A stretch of DNA of 62,354 nt, the filler included, from Rhabdomonas costata (Eukaryota), in assembly GCA_019059605.1 (NCBI GenBank). It is 36 parts of 36 records of this genome, joined end to end, with 100 filler letters (N's around TTAATTAATTAA, not from the genome) between each part and the next. Parts side by side here need not be neighbours in the genome. Positions count along the whole stretch, not along the records: positions 12,155 to 13,790 come from JAHMHO010011565.1; positions 13,891 to 15,526 come from JAHMHO010011566.1; positions 15,627 to 17,262 come from JAHMHO010011567.1; positions 17,363 to 18,998 come from JAHMHO010011568.1; positions 19,099 to 20,734 come from JAHMHO010011569.1; positions 20,835 to 22,469 come from JAHMHO010011570.1; positions 22,570 to 24,204 come from JAHMHO010011571.1; positions 24,305 to 25,939 come from JAHMHO010011572.1; 28 more parts are not named here. One strand, written 5' to 3'. Below the pieces are notes generated by a model. The model had not been told where the DNA came from, did no database searches, and was given only the letters and a program-made list of their open reading frames with translations. The translations under genes were made by a program, and so were the position numbers. Of this stretch, positions 12,572-25,741 are shown in pieces (the stretch's first letter is position 1; each line of letters starts with the position of its first letter).

Positions 12572-13331
12572 CTCCCGCACTGAGCACAAGCGAAGGAATA
12601 GGAGGCTTCCAATGCCCCGCCTTAAAAGTGACAATCAGCAATCGAGTGGTGGAAGTGGTACATTATGAAAGGGGTGCTGCAAACACACGCACAAGGGTCT
12701 ACCGATTGCGGCTTTGAGGGGTCCTCCGCCGAGCCCGGGCTGCCCTTACCTCGCTCACAGCACACAAAGGAGTGCATAAGGCTGTCACAGGAGGACCGTG
12801 GGTCCCGCACACAGCGGGCACAGGCGCAGCGAAAGCGGTAGTGCTGCCACAGCAGGGCCTGTCTGGAGGCCCGGGGGTGGTGCAGCTCGGGAAGGTAGGA
12901 CAGAGCCACCTCCTCGCCCTTGCGAAGTCTCACCACTGCGCGCACGCTTCTGCAAAAAAAAAAACAGGTTCGCCACTGCGAATGACTGCAAATACAAAAC
13001 GCAAAAGCAGAGTTCTGACTAACACAGCATCAATTTTCAAGCTTGAGATATGCAGGGCATGTGAGAAGGCAACGAGGCCCAAACCGGCACATGGGTACTT
13101 TACATTGCACTGGGAAGACACCCCGCCAAAACCGGTTGCAAGATTTTGGTACATCGTCGCACATCGTCGTACAGTGGGCGTGGTGGAAAAAGTGTTACCC
13201 GTCCTCTTCGCTTCGGTAGGCATTCGGGTCACAGCTGTGGTTGATGAAGCACAGCGGTGGAGGGAAAACTGCCATTCCGACAGCCTCTCCGTCGCTCCGC
13301 GTGAGCTGAAAGCTGTTGCACAGCAGAATAC
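12572..13331 (-). CDS. SMYD-type SET-domain lysine methyltransferase, internal exons (13331-13199, 12949-~12695 or 12749, 12620-12572)
   Basis: LCNSFQL...GMAVFPPPLCFINHSCDPNA, VRAVVRLRKGEEVALSYL, RQALLWQHYRFRCACARC (post-SET CxCxxC), followed by ACAQCG; GT-AG introns. Confidence 0.92.
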
Positions 13332-13890
13332 CTGGGACGGACCACGAAGGGTGAGGGTATGATGAGTATTTGCTTTGCTGTTATTTTTTTTTGGGGGGGG
13401 GTATGCTCGAAGAAGATCGCCAGAAAGCTTCGAAGCCTAGAACATCAGTGGTAGTGCATCCAACAGTGGGCAGGACTGCTGTGACCATCATCATCATTGC
13501 TAGTGCTACTGCCCGTTGGTTTCTTACAGGCGGTTCTACCGTATACGTACGGTTCTACCCTCTACGTTAAGTCTTGCACCCAGCCTCCTACGTGGTTGTG
13601 ATCCAAACTTCCTGGGGCTTCGGGTATTCCGTCCAAAAGTCTTTAAACACAAACGTGTGCAGGAGACCGGATGATGATCAAATCTGGAATAATGCGGGGA
13701 CAAGGAAATGGGAAAGAGGGAGTGGGACGAGGGAGCGTAGCGCACCGAACGAAGGTAAAAAAAAAGGCCGCACAGCCTTTCCCCCCAACCNNNNNNNNNN
13801 NNNNNNNNNNNNNNNNNNNNNNNNNNNNNNNNNNTTAATTAATTAANNNNNNNNNNNNNNNNNNNNNNNNNNNNNNNNNNNNNNNNNNNN

Positions 13891-14403
13891 TGTGGTTGTG
13901 AGGTCCAGGATGCCGTCCTGTAGCTTGGCCACCACCTTAGCCAGCCCCGCGGCCAGCAAGTGCAGGGCCTTCCCAGTGTGCCGGGTCCACACGTCCTTGG
14001 TGTGCTCCGAAAGAACGGTGTTCTCGGACTCCTGACAGGCAGCGCGCAAGACGTCTTTTGCTTTCTGGGGTGTGAAGGAAGCTACAGACTTGCGTCAAGT
14101 GTATCGAGTCCCCAGCGACCAGAAAGGAAGAAATTGAAGGAACCTTCTACCGCACGCATGGTTGTGGAAACGACCAAACTTCCGAAGCAGGAGGGAGGAG
14201 ACCAGGTTGGTTCACTCAAGAGAGGTTGCGCCCGGTCCCTCTTCCAGCTACATTCCCTTCGCTTCGCACCGTCCAGGTTGGGTTCATACAATGTCTGGGG
14301 GGAACGAGAAGTGCTCGAGCTTCTCCACTTCTGTCTCGTCAAAGGGGAGGTCATCATCAACGCCGAACCACTCTTCGTCGTCCTCGTAGACCTCAACCTC
14401 AGC
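13891..14403 (-). CDS. Two exons (14403-14290, 14064-13891) of an unknown protein with an acidic segment
   Basis: AEVEVYEDDEEWFGVDDDLPFDETEVEKLEHFSFPPDI|gtatga...ccccag|KAKDVLRAACQESENTVLSEHTKDVWTRHTGKALHLLAAG; phase-0 GT-AG. Confidence 0.6.
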
Positions 14404-15225
14404 CTAAGCAGCGCAAAACAACTTTGGTGCAGTACCGCCGTCTGCATCTCACTCTGAAGGCATGCTCCACAAAGACCGCTTGGCTGGAATCGGCCTCAGA
14501 TGCCAACAATTCAAAAGCATGAAATGCCCAGATCGGGTTTCCTTGAAGAAGAGAGCTTTAGGTACAGACAAAAAGCAAATGCAGCACTTTGCAGCACATA
14601 CCATGCTTCCAGAGGCATAGAGCAAGTCGTCGGGGGCGGGGGATATTCCGAGAATGAGTTCCGAGGTGGAACGCAAGACGACTGCTTCCGAAGCGGAAGA
14701 AATAAAAAAAGGCTGACCCTGGGACAATCCCTCACAGTCACACGCACTAATAGGTGTAACCATCATGTTCAGGATGCGGGTACGTATCCCAGGTATTGGA
14801 GGGCGGGAGGCAGCATAGCTTTCAGCGTCGCGCAGATGTCAGGTGACCCTCTGAACAGTGGTGAGAATCATGGCCCCCTTCTTCTCAACACTCTGGGAGC
14901 CACTACTTTCAGTTCCGCTTGCGAGGGCCCCCATCCCCGCCCCGATTTGATTGTATTGAGAACTTGCCGAGCACTCGGCCATCCTTTCGCCAACACAGGG
15001 TTTGGGCGAGGAGCCCGCTTCCTCCGCGTGGGAGCTTTGGGCAACCCTTCACGGAGCTCAGGTTTGGGGATTGCGTGCCTCCCTCGCTCTCCAATTCTTT
15101 CTGCCAGTGATTGTAATGCGTGTGCGTTGTTAATCTCACTGCCACTGACAAAGCTTGCATCGAAAACGGAAAGAATTCAATTTAGATGCTGCGCTTGCTG
15201 ACTATTCACTTCCAACACTTTAAGG

Positions 15226-15526
15226 TTGGTTAGTTCCGTCTTCAGACACACTCGCTCTCTTGAAGAAGACGAAGAAGAAGGTGCTCCCGCCGCTCAGGTC
15301 TTTTCGGCACACTCCCTGGTTGCCCCGGTGACAGTTACAAGCAATGCGGGATGCGCTGGTGAGGCGGGGCACCAGCAACCTTTGGTTGTGCTCCTATGCG
15401 AACCGGGGGAGTTGCCCCGGCGTACTGTGCGGAACGTTTTGGCGCTGAAATGCCCCGTGGTCGGTCAGGGGTGGCTTCTGCAGTGTAGCCGGGCTGGGGC
15501 AATGGCGGAGGTCGGGCCCTTCCTGA
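15226..15526 (+). CDS. Partial BRCT-like domain
   Basis: VVLLCEPGELPRRTVRNVLALKCPVVGQGWLLQCSRAGAM resembles the BRCT ..RTxKxxxAl...PVVxxxWLxxC pattern; runs off the fragment end. Confidence 0.55.
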
Positions 15527-17050
15527 NNNNNNNNNNNNNNNNNNNNNNNNNNNNNNNNNNNNNNNNNNNNTTAATTAATTAANNNNNNNNNNNNNNNNNN
15601 NNNNNNNNNNNNNNNNNNNNNNNNNNAACGGCGTACGTGCGGTTCACGCTGTCAAAAACTGAAACTTTCCTTTCGCGGTCCCCCAACAGATTTTAACCTC
15701 TTTCATACACCAAGACCTTGGGAACTTGATGAAGCCATTCACCTTGCACAGCGGTTTACGTGTAACACGCTGTTATACGTCATTAAAATTTCCTCCCCAG
15801 AATCAGTGACATCAATCATTTACCAGTCACATCAATTCGCTAATTGCACGGCTCCCTCCTTTGGACGACTTGAGGTGATCACAATCCTCCGAGTATTATA
15901 GGCTGATGCCGAACGTGGCAGCCTGAGAAGTTCCTAAAAGCATCCCACCCGTGTGAGGGTAGGGCCGTCCCTCGAATAAAGAATTCAGCCCTTCCAGCCA
16001 CTCATAGCGGGCTCTGGACCGCAGTCTGCTGCGGTGGTGCCGTGATTCTTTCTGGTGAAGATGCTCAGACCCGCGGAATAACACGCCGGGAAACGGTGCC
16101 TGTGCAATCGCCAGGGTTTTTGTCATATTGCCCTAAGATTCAGGAATCTATCAGTACCAACTGGGAATAAATCAGCTTTTCCGCCGCCCGTGGGCGAATT
16201 AGGGCTGGTCTTTTGTATGAGGCATAAGGGAGGCGATCTGCACCCTCCCGCACGCAAAACTAGCATCGGAGATCTTGTTCAAGAACGGGCTCATTCTCAC
16301 TTGTCCAGGAAACGTTATAGTAATCGTTGCGATTCAACGTTTTTGACATCGCCAAGGCTGAGCGGAGGCCGAGCTATCTTATTGCATAACATTGAGATCT
16401 AAAAACACGTTATTGCCTTGCTTTCAACCATAATGATAACTAAATCAGGATACAAGGTGACATAAGGTGATAATTGGCAGTCTCCTGATTTTGCTGTGTA
16501 TTTGGCACCACTGAGCGCGGGGCAAAATTGTAGAGCGAGTCGCCGCTTGGTCTTGCCGCCCCTCTCGGTGTGCATCACCTTTTTGTTTTTGTTCAATTTT
16601 ATCTGCTGCTAATAAAAAAAGCGATACACGCGTGCACATAATGCCAAGGAAACGTGAGCCGGATACTGTTGACTTGCCACACAAAATTAATTCTCTGAAA
16701 ATCGAACGCGCAGTGATCAACAATGCAAAAAGACCCGAGAAGTTAGAGATTCACCCATTTTAAAGCAACTTGTGTATAGAATTGAAACCAAAAAAGCAGT
16801 CACATTCTTCATTTTATGGGAGGATAGAGTCACTCGCACAGCCTTCTGGTGGGGGGTTACAAACTGCGTTACAAAGTGGCGTTGCACTCCTTTAAGATAA
16901 GGTATTTGTATCTCACAGGGGGTTGGGGGGAGTATGGCACATTTCGCGTATAACGCGTGTAATAACAGCGTCAGGCGAACAACGGAGACCTCCCTCTCCC
17001 CTCTAATTCCTCAGACCCTCGCTGTCCTTTCGCTACCTCCCCTCGGCCGT

Positions 17051-17262
17051 ATGGCCTTTTCTTTTGCTGGGGCCCTTCGGCCGTTTGTGCTTCTTGGCTT
17101 TGCTGTCGCTGTGCTGTGCTGCGGGCTGTGGATCGGGCCCCACCGCCTAGCCCTCCCGTGGCGGGCGCTGGGTGTGGGGCGGGCTCTCTTTTCCCAGCTT
17201 ACTTCCCCCGCCCCGCCTCGCAGAGCGAAGGAGCATGGCGCTAGAAATGACTACCCACCACC
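17051..17262 (+). CDS. Possible 5' end of a type II membrane/signal-anchor protein
   Basis: ATG after a pyrimidine-rich leader; MAFSFAGALRPFVLLGFAVAVLCCGLWIG hydrophobic helix; open to the fragment end. Confidence 0.35.
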
Positions 17263-17417
17263 NNNNNNNNNNNNNNNNNNNNNNNNNNNNNNNNNNNNNN
17301 NNNNNNTTAATTAATTAANNNNNNNNNNNNNNNNNNNNNNNNNNNNNNNNNNNNNNNNNNNNAAGTACACGTCATAAAAAGCGAATGTACAACGTTTCAG
17401 GCATGTGTCAAGGAGTT

Positions 17418-18606
17418 TTACTCTAATCTGTCCGCCGCCCCGCCAGAGGAGCTTTCCAGCATGCTCTCTTGGGAACTAATCACCCTCAAAATGGCTTTTT
17501 TGCTTGTTTCCTGCAGCTCCCCGTTCAGGATCACCTCGTCCAGAATGTAGTACGCCTGCAAAAACAATCAACAGAAAAGAAAATCATTGTTGGAGTGGGG
17601 CGATGCAGAAAGTGTACCAGTCGAGATTTCTTTTCTCTTTAGGGAACATGGCCCATCAGACAGAATTATTGGCTCAGTGTCAGTTTCACAATTCCCTGCG
17701 ACAACATCTTAACCTTCTGGAAGGGAAGTTCAACGGCAGTGAACTGTGCGTTTCAGTTGAGAACATTGAAAATGTTTCCCATTGTCAAGTGCAAGTTCAC
17801 AGGAAGAGAAACGCTGAGGAATTTGCCTGGTGTAAGCTATTTGGGATTTGGACATGCTTGTGCGTATTGAACCAAGAAGAACTAAGGGCTGGGATAACGT
17901 CCCCGCGGCCGCACGTGTGCCAAAGAATTTTTGTCATGGTGCACCGTAAAGGTCTGCAAGGACCGGGGACCGCCCGCGGTCCAGAAAAACAGTCTAACTC
18001 CCAAGCAGATTCCTCTCGATGAAAAAAGCGGAACATGTTGAACTCCTTAACATGTGAAGGATCTTTGGTAATCGAATAATCCCAAACATACCTTGTGAAA
18101 GTTGAAAATGAGGTCAAGCTCGCAAACCTGAAACCACAAAACCACGAAGACCAGCCAAGTATTTGAGAATGATATTGACCAACCAAGTGTTGGAGAAGCC
18201 GAAAAGCGCGGGAAAACTGTTGCGAACTGAACATACATTTCCAAAGTACCGGTCCAGCACTTCGACAAAGTGATGAATGATCTCCAGGTGGATCAATTCA
18301 TTGTCAGTCTTTTCAATGCAGGACACGAAGTACAGGCTCGCATACCTGAACGAGACCAAGAACGGTTTCCATGACAAACCGACACCAATATCATGGGGGG
18401 GGGGGCAGCAACAATAACAGCAAGAACCGCTTCCAGACAATTTTGGCGTCTCTCCATTCCAGGAAGTTGCACAGCTTCGACGGTCTCCCGATGACCATCG
18501 AGCAGATGTCACGAACCGTTTTGCTGCGCTCTTTCTGGGTCATGGGAACGTACCACTTCGCAAGGCGAACCTTGCCCTGCCTACTGATCAGCAAAATGAA
18601 CTGAAT
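17418..18606 (-). CDS. AP1S: AP-1 adaptor complex sigma subunit (exons 18606-18428, 18345-18237, 18127-18092, 17555-17418; the ATG-only first exon was not located)
   Basis: IQFILLISRQGKVRLAKWY...CNFLEWRDAKIVWKR-YASLYF...DNELIHLEIIHHFVEVLDRYFGN-VCELDLIFNFHK-AYYILDEVILNGELQETSKKAILRVI...*; all introns GT-AG. Confidence 0.96.
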
Positions 18607-19482
18607 CTGCAAATTCAAAAGCAAGAAAACCGGAGAGCTGAAAGTTGGAAGTTGGCAGGGGGTTTAACCAATGTAACCTTACAACACGGTGCCTTTTCGC
18701 CTCCCAAGCAAGTCCAAAGCCAAAAGCCATACAAAATTCCAGAAGACGATTCAGCATCATTGAACCGATGCGTTATAAGCCCTCGCCCCCGAATGAGCTG
18801 CGCTCCGCCCAAGATTAAAGGTGCGACTGCAGGGGCACGAGGAAGTAAAGTGGGGACTCCATATAACGTATACCGCCCTCATACGTTGCGCCGTTACACG
18901 ACACGTCCCAGGGAACACGTGTAATAGCAAACCTAATCCTAAAGTAATCCCCTCCGAGACCAAACAATTTCGCCCAGAACATCCGTTACAGCAGAAGANN
19001 NNNNNNNNNNNNNNNNNNNNNNNNNNNNNNNNNNNNNNNNNNTTAATTAATTAANNNNNNNNNNNNNNNNNNNNNNNNNNNNNNNNNNNNNNNNNNNNGG
19101 GGTTGGGGTTAGCACGGAAGCGTGGGTTTACGCGTCCTGCATCGGGCTGGCTTGCGAGGGCTTTGCAAATGCGGGCTTCGTTCATTGGCAGGCAGTCCCC
19201 ACAGGGCTGCAAAAAAACCTCGTTCTTTTTCATTTAAAACCAGTTTTTTTTAGTATAACCTCATTTCCTTGGAGCATGGTCTCCCGGTGTATGGGAGGTC
19301 AGAGGTTAATGTCGTCCACTCACCTGAATGCTCTTTTACCACTTTTGCCGCAATCGCTTGGGGACGTGGTCACTCAAGAGAATAGGGGCGCTGAAAATTT
19401 CCTCCGAAGACGAAGTCTGCGTCTGGCTCTCTCTGGGATTGGTCAGAGGGGTTTATAAAACTCGTTTCTGCATTTCAACACA

Positions 19483-19520
19483 TGGTCTGGTCTGTCTGGT
19501 CTGGTCTGGTCTGGTCTGGT
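19483..19520 (+). repeat. (TGGTC)n microsatellite
   Basis: About 7 slightly imperfect TGGTC units. Confidence 0.85.
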
Positions 19521-20946
19521 ATATATTTGTGCAGAACTCTCGTAAAATTGCTGCAGTTCATTAGATGACAAAACTCGAATTAACAAGGTGCTTAAAATGG
19601 GTAACAATTCTGCATCTCGTGAAACCCTTCCCCCCGCCGGTCAATTTTGGGCTCCAAAAAGTGGAGGGCCTGGAAGGATATACTATCATCATAGTTTCCG
19701 TTCCAACGGGGGCAAATGGGTGTCGAATCTTAGGTAAAAATGCCGTAAAACAGGGCAAAACCAAGCGAGATGGGCCAAAAAATGGGTCTAAAACAGGCGA
19801 AAATCGAGCCTAAAATTAGCTCAGTCGCCATTGTCGTTGGAAGTGGAGTATTTTTCAAATCGCTTCAAGGTAAACAATCATAATAGCGAGAAAACAGGAC
19901 CTGACCTGACAGGCGTTTGCACACGAGATGTTGAATTATTGGCCGTTTTTTCAGTGAAGGCACCTTTTGAATTCGAGTTTTTCCAGTTATTCTGCTTCTT
20001 TTCTACTCCTGTGGAGCTGAACTTCTTTTGCATCACCCAAACAGATAATAAAATATAGTTTCATTCCATCACCTTCAAATTCAGTTTCAAATATTCCCCA
20101 TGGTTCTTTTGTCATTCTTTGTTTGCTCTTTGTTTTGGTTCCTTGTAAACCCATAATTGCGCTCATTCATGTACAAACATCGCAGGTTGGATAAAATTCC
20201 ATCTCGCACCTTACCCTATTTGGGCTCGTTCATGTACTCTTAAGTCAGATTACACACTCATGGAAAAGCTGTCTGTATCGATTCACATGTCAAAATTTGT
20301 TAATATATTTTTACAGAAGATCAAACAGGTATTGTAACACCAAGAAGCAGTTTTGGTGAGTTCCAGATATTATATTATTATTATTATTTGGCACCACTAT
20401 AAGCTTTTCGCACCGCTTCAAAAAATTCGAAATGTTAGTGGCGACGCCAGGGAATTTTACGGCACAGGTACAAGAGTTCGGGAAGAGTGCAACGCAAAAA
20501 ACAAACAATTTACAGGAAGGAACGCGAGAGATAGCAGGGGTAAACTAAGCACAAAAGAAACAAAGACGATAAAACACAAATTACACGTAAATACAAAGAC
20601 TGAAACAGGATGGGAATGTGAGGGTGACAAAAATGGCATTGGTGAAGTATAGTTCAAAACGGCAGGGGACGAAACGGAAAAACGTGGGTGAATAGCTTCG
20701 TTTATACAATGCTATAAAATTTGACAAAAAAAAANNNNNNNNNNNNNNNNNNNNNNNNNNNNNNNNNNNNNNNNNNNNTTAATTAATTAANNNNNNNNNN
20801 NNNNNNNNNNNNNNNNNNNNNNNNNNNNNNNNNNTTTGTTGGTTAGGATGCTGGTGAGGCCAGCATTTGGGCTTCGGGGGCCGGCCAGGCCATCGGCAGC
20901 AGGAGGCGAGGGGATCGTCTGTAACCCCACCACCACCACGCACACC

Positions 20947-22132
20947 AAACGCCATTGGAAAGAGTATGCCTCTAAGTTGGGGTCGAAGGGGTCGGAAGCG
21001 GGCGCGTTAGGGAGTGCCAAGCTCGCGCTGGAGTGCTGGAGGGAATCGGCGTACGAAAAGGTGCACGGACCTGAGAGAGCTGGCAGGGCTGAAGAGGACG
21101 GTCAAACCACATTGCCACTGCGCTGGGCCCTAAAAGGAACTTGACGGGGCACAGCTCCGTGGATGTGGTCGAGACCACGTCCCCGTTCCCTGCAGCAACG
21201 GTAGGCGCGAGTCTTCGGAGGTTCACCGGAACCCCGCAGGCGCGCTGCAGATGTTCCGCCTCCAGTTGCACCTTCTTCATCAGGCGCTCCGAGGCCAGCT
21301 CCTCCAGAACTTCCACAAGGGAATCACCCTACGCGGAGTGTCCCCTCAATCCTCATTAGGCTCAATCTCTATCAAGCCAACAAGCTGGCCCATTGCTCAT
21401 CAATGGAACACTCCGAGGGCTTTTGAGCTGAAGCTACGGATATTCAGAGGGTTTCACCATCTATTTCGGCCTTTAGGCATCCACCTTTCTCGCCCGTTTC
21501 TTTTCTTCTTTCTTTCCACATCCCTACCAATTTCTCTTCATATACACAGCCAAATCGTTTCCCTCCTTCCTGTACTTACCTTCGACTATTGTCCCACCGT
21601 CCTATTCATCGTAGTCATTTTCTTTGACCATTTGCCATCGCATTACTTTTGTCCACCTCACTAGAGCTGCAATTTTGTTGATTCCCCACTACCCTTGACG
21701 TCTGCTTGTCGCAGCATTGAGTAAGCATCATGGGTGCGTGTGATTGCTGAAGTTCCGTTCTTCCGGACAGATAGCGGTTTTCAGTAAATGACTTCGGCAA
21801 AGATGTTCTAGCGGAGTGATAAACGCTGTGCCTGGACAAGGAATCGTCAAATCGACTGGAGAATACTGGGACAAAACACTTGAACCCCAAAGAAACCCAC
21901 CCCGGGACACCTGTGCCATGCCCAGGCTGATGCCGGAGAGAATCTCGTCCAGTGGAGCCTCGGCACACAACACTACCACCTCAGTGGGCCAAGGCCAGCT
22001 GAGCTGAGCCAGCAGCAGCCGTGCGGCCGGGGTGAGGCGCTCCAAGGCTGCGACCCGGCGACTCTGTTGATGATGACGCACCGTGAGCATCTCCGCCATG
22101 GTGGTGGCCAAATTAGCTCCTGAGCGTCCCAT
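20947..22132 (-). CDS. Probable multi-exon hypothetical protein (best exon 21328-21071)
   Basis: GDSLVEVLEELASERLMKKVQLEAEHLQRACG... is flanked by tag| and |gtccgt; a second GC-rich open segment lies at ~22132-21910. No family recognised. Confidence 0.45.
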
Positions 22133-22642
22133 GCGGAAACTTGAAGGTCGCTGGTATCGGGGGCATTAGGAGATGCGGAGGAGGTTGCGGCACCACACAG
22201 GTGTAATTTGATCCCACCCCCCCATGTAAACAAAGAGAATTTGGAACATCTTTCGAATAAATCAAAATACCAAAGGAAATCTTCCCAAAGTCCACAAAAA
22301 GTTTGCTAGTGGTGCTGCATGACTGTATGCGCCCATTCCGTTTAGGTAAAACACCACAAAACCCATTTCATCCCTTCCCACAGATCTCTTCCTTCTCCCC
22401 ACACCTCATTCTATACCTCTCTATTTGTTTGTCTACCTTTCCGCACCTATCCTTTTCTCCCACAACAAANNNNNNNNNNNNNNNNNNNNNNNNNNNNNNN
22501 NNNNNNNNNNNNNTTAATTAATTAANNNNNNNNNNNNNNNNNNNNNNNNNNNNNNNNNNNNNNNNNNNNGGACCGCCTGAGCAAGTCATAGGGGTGGAGT
22601 GGGAGCGCGGGACTCCGAGGGAGGAAAAGGTATGGCACTGAC

Positions 22643-23887
22643 CGGGTGGGGCCGTGGCCTGGCCACCTCGCGGCGCAGGGTGGCCTCGTCCCAGTGGCGG
22701 AAGGGGCAGCCGTGTACCATCTCTCCAGATGGCGCCGGACCCAGGATAATCTTGGTGCACCCCAGCGCACTGTAGGAGGTATGCTTCCCCTCCGTGCCGA
22801 AGTAGTGCCGAATGTTGTACGCATACCGGGACTGGAAGCCCCCCCCCACACACACACCACCACATCCATCTCACCTTCGAGCACATTAAGCAGGCATGTA
22901 AATGCAGGTTCTTCGGACAATTTAAAGCCACCATCTCCGCCTTGAACCAACTCAGCTTTCCTTTATGGAACCTCAACCCCCTACCTGTATTGTCCGGAAA
23001 CTCCGTCCTTTGCATCCGCGCACTCACCCACCGACCCACCGAAAGCGTAGATACATCCAGCGCACGGACACTTTGCACATGGACAGGGATGAACAGTGAG
23101 ACTGTCCGGAAAAAAACTATACTCAAATTTTGCCACTGAAGCCAACCAACCAGAGAACTGCGCACCTTAGCCCATGTCTCAGGGGCCACCTTCTTCGTCA
23201 TTTCCGTTTTCCAGAATTCCAAGGCATCGTCCAGGGTCAGCCCAACACCCTGCGAACCCACCACAGACCAGTCGCCTCTCCTCGAAAACACATCTCGAGT
23301 GTCAGGCCCCCTAATATGCTAAAACGGATTCCATCCCTTCTTGCAACCGAACCCCCGACCGTATAAGGAGATTAACCAGGGTTATTAAATAATCATCATT
23401 TGCACCTCACTGCCAGCTGCAATGAAACCATCTCTCTGAAAACAGCTTGACCCCGAAATACGTAGTAGAAACGGAGAGTAAAAATAGACCTTCAAAATTC
23501 CAAAATAAAAGAGGAGGCGGAAGGGGCGCAGATACCTTGAGGAACAGCCCGTACTGCCAGCGTCCAGTAAACTTGGGGTGTTGGTCGGAGTGCAGGTGCT
23601 CATCCAGAACTCGCATACACAGAGGGAAATGAAGCTGAGCGGCCTAAGCCAAGAGGTTGGGCAATGAATACTCCGAACAATATTCTTCGATTAAGAACGT
23701 ACCCAAAGAACGTTGACAGAGGTCCACGAAAGCCACGAAGGTCACAAAAGATAAGTCGCCCAAACCTCATGGACTTGGCGGCGGTCCAACTTCTGCCCAG
23801 CCTCCACCTTGTCGGCATCCGAGGCAGCTGAGGACAGGCTATCGTGGTTCTCCACGAGGTGCTCCAAGAAGGCCAGCACGCGGTCTC
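22643..23887 (-). CDS. PRIM2: DNA primase large subunit, Fe-S C-terminal domain (exons 23887-23766, 23643-23536, 23249-23166, 22831-22643)
   Basis: HFPLCMRVLDEHLHSDQHPKFTGRWQYGLFLK-GVGLTLDDALEFWK...YAYNIRHYFGTEGKHTSYSALGCTKII...HGCPFRH; three 4Fe-4S cysteines visible; GT-AG introns. Confidence 0.96.
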
Positions 23888-24703
23888 CTAAAGTTACAGT
23901 GAAGAAGGATGTATGCTGAGGCACGGTAGACCGTTTAATCGTGTGCTCTTTTCGATTTGGGGGAAGGGACTGTAGCCCCTCATCATCATCAGAGGCGCGC
24001 TAGCCCTGCACGGATCACACGGACTCCTCTAAAAGGAAATCAACGGGCTCGGGCCGCGCCATGTTTGTGTTTGTGAGTCTTCATAACGCGCACAACACGC
24101 ATAAGGTTGTTGGGTGAGGTGGAGCCGATGTCCCGGTCTGATGGTTATCCCCTGTCTTCTCAACGCGTGTGCAGCAGCAGCAGTGATTGACAGAGGATGC
24201 GGGGNNNNNNNNNNNNNNNNNNNNNNNNNNNNNNNNNNNNNNNNNNNNTTAATTAATTAANNNNNNNNNNNNNNNNNNNNNNNNNNNNNNNNNNNNNNNN
24301 NNNNGGGTGTTTGGTGTGTGGGTGTACCATTCCCGACCTTGACAGTGTCTTCATTTTCTTTCTTTCCGTACTTCGTCTCCTGTGCAGGTTGCTTTTTTGC
24401 ATTTTCTTTGGCTGATGAGGTTGTTGAGGCTGGGGATTTTGTTGCTTGGGGTTAGGTGAACGCAAATGAGATAGTCATTCTCAAGTGTTTGTGCGTATAC
24501 GCGCGCGGTTCGTGATGCACTCCTGGCTTGTGGTCACGTCTAATGCTCATAAGTGCAAACGGAAAGGAGCCGAGAAGTCCTTTGAGAACCCTATTTTATG
24601 CTTTTGGTTTCCCCATATCCTTTTTGGAGTTTTTGCCCGCTTACGCGTGGTGTGAAGTGCCGCCCCTCTATACCGCCGTACCCCCTGTCTGGGTGGCCTT
24701 CAG

Positions 24704-25741
24704 AGGAAGACCTATCTCACCCACCTTCTCAAGGCGCTGCACTTCCTACACTGCCATCGGGTGCTGCACCGCGACCTGAAGCCCTCCAATCTCCTGGTCA
24801 GCAGGGAAGGGTGCTGTGTGCCCACCTTTATGCGCTGCTATCTCTCTCTCTCTTGCAGTCTTGGACTGAAGCCATTTGGATGGGAGTGTCTTGTAGTTAA
24901 GATGTGTTTTCTTTCCGGAACCCCTCAATAAAATCGGTGCTGTTCTGTGGGCTGGTTTGTGGACCCAGCTTCCGTCTTTTTCTGTTTAATACCCCTCTGC
25001 AGCCCACTGTTCGCTCGCATCTTTACGTTTGGTTCGAAACTCACGCCTCCCTTCTGTACCGCAGCGTTTTGAAGGTGTGCGACTTTGGGGTGGCGAAGAT
25101 CTACCGCCCCGCTCTGCAGGACCAGCTCACGCCTTGTGTGGTGTGCTGCTGTGAGCTTTTCATAAGTTCTGTTTGTACAATGAATCAGCTGATCTTATGA
25201 AGTTAGTGGTGATTGGGTTTCTCAGCAAATGCATTTTGGATCCCTCAGGAACGAGCATTTGCCTCAGCGGAACACTCTGCAATTCGTGTGAGTGCTGTCT
25301 TAGAACCTCGGCTGAGGGACCAAGAATCGGTGTAACAGGGATTGGAAAGAGCCGCCAAGGGGCTGCACACCCTGCCGTGTCGTGAAAATCCGGCCCCCGC
25401 TGCGTTTTGGAAGGCCTGCTGTATACATAGAAGAGCCCCCGACCTGCTTCGGCGCGCTGCTCATACATACAAGGTAGTTGTGCTGCAATTCGTTCAATCA
25501 ACTCCCTGGGTCCCGTTTCCTGCCCTCCCTATCACCACGCTCCATCGATGCCAGAGATGTCATTTTTCAGGCACGCGCACGCCCTTTTCATTGCGGTTCA
25601 GGTGACGATGCGGTACCGCGCCCCGGAGCTGTTCCTGGTGCATCAGGAGCCGCGGAGGGCTTACCCCTATGGCCCCGGGGTGGACATGTGGGCCGCTGCG
25701 GCGCTCATGTTTGAGATGTACACGGCCCAGCCCTTGTTCCC
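24704..25741 (+). CDS. Divergent CMGC/CDK-like Ser/Thr kinase, internal exons (24704-24810, 25065-25140, 25602-25741)
   Basis: [64 protein letters not shown]; phase-compatible GT-AG joins. Confidence 0.93.

Noticed and set aside
23536..23600. PRIM2 motif HPKFTGR instead of human HLRHGGR
   Set aside because: An aromatic residue at this position also occurs in yeast Pri2 (HLRYNGR), and the key Arg and Fe-S Cys are kept. This is ordinary divergence.
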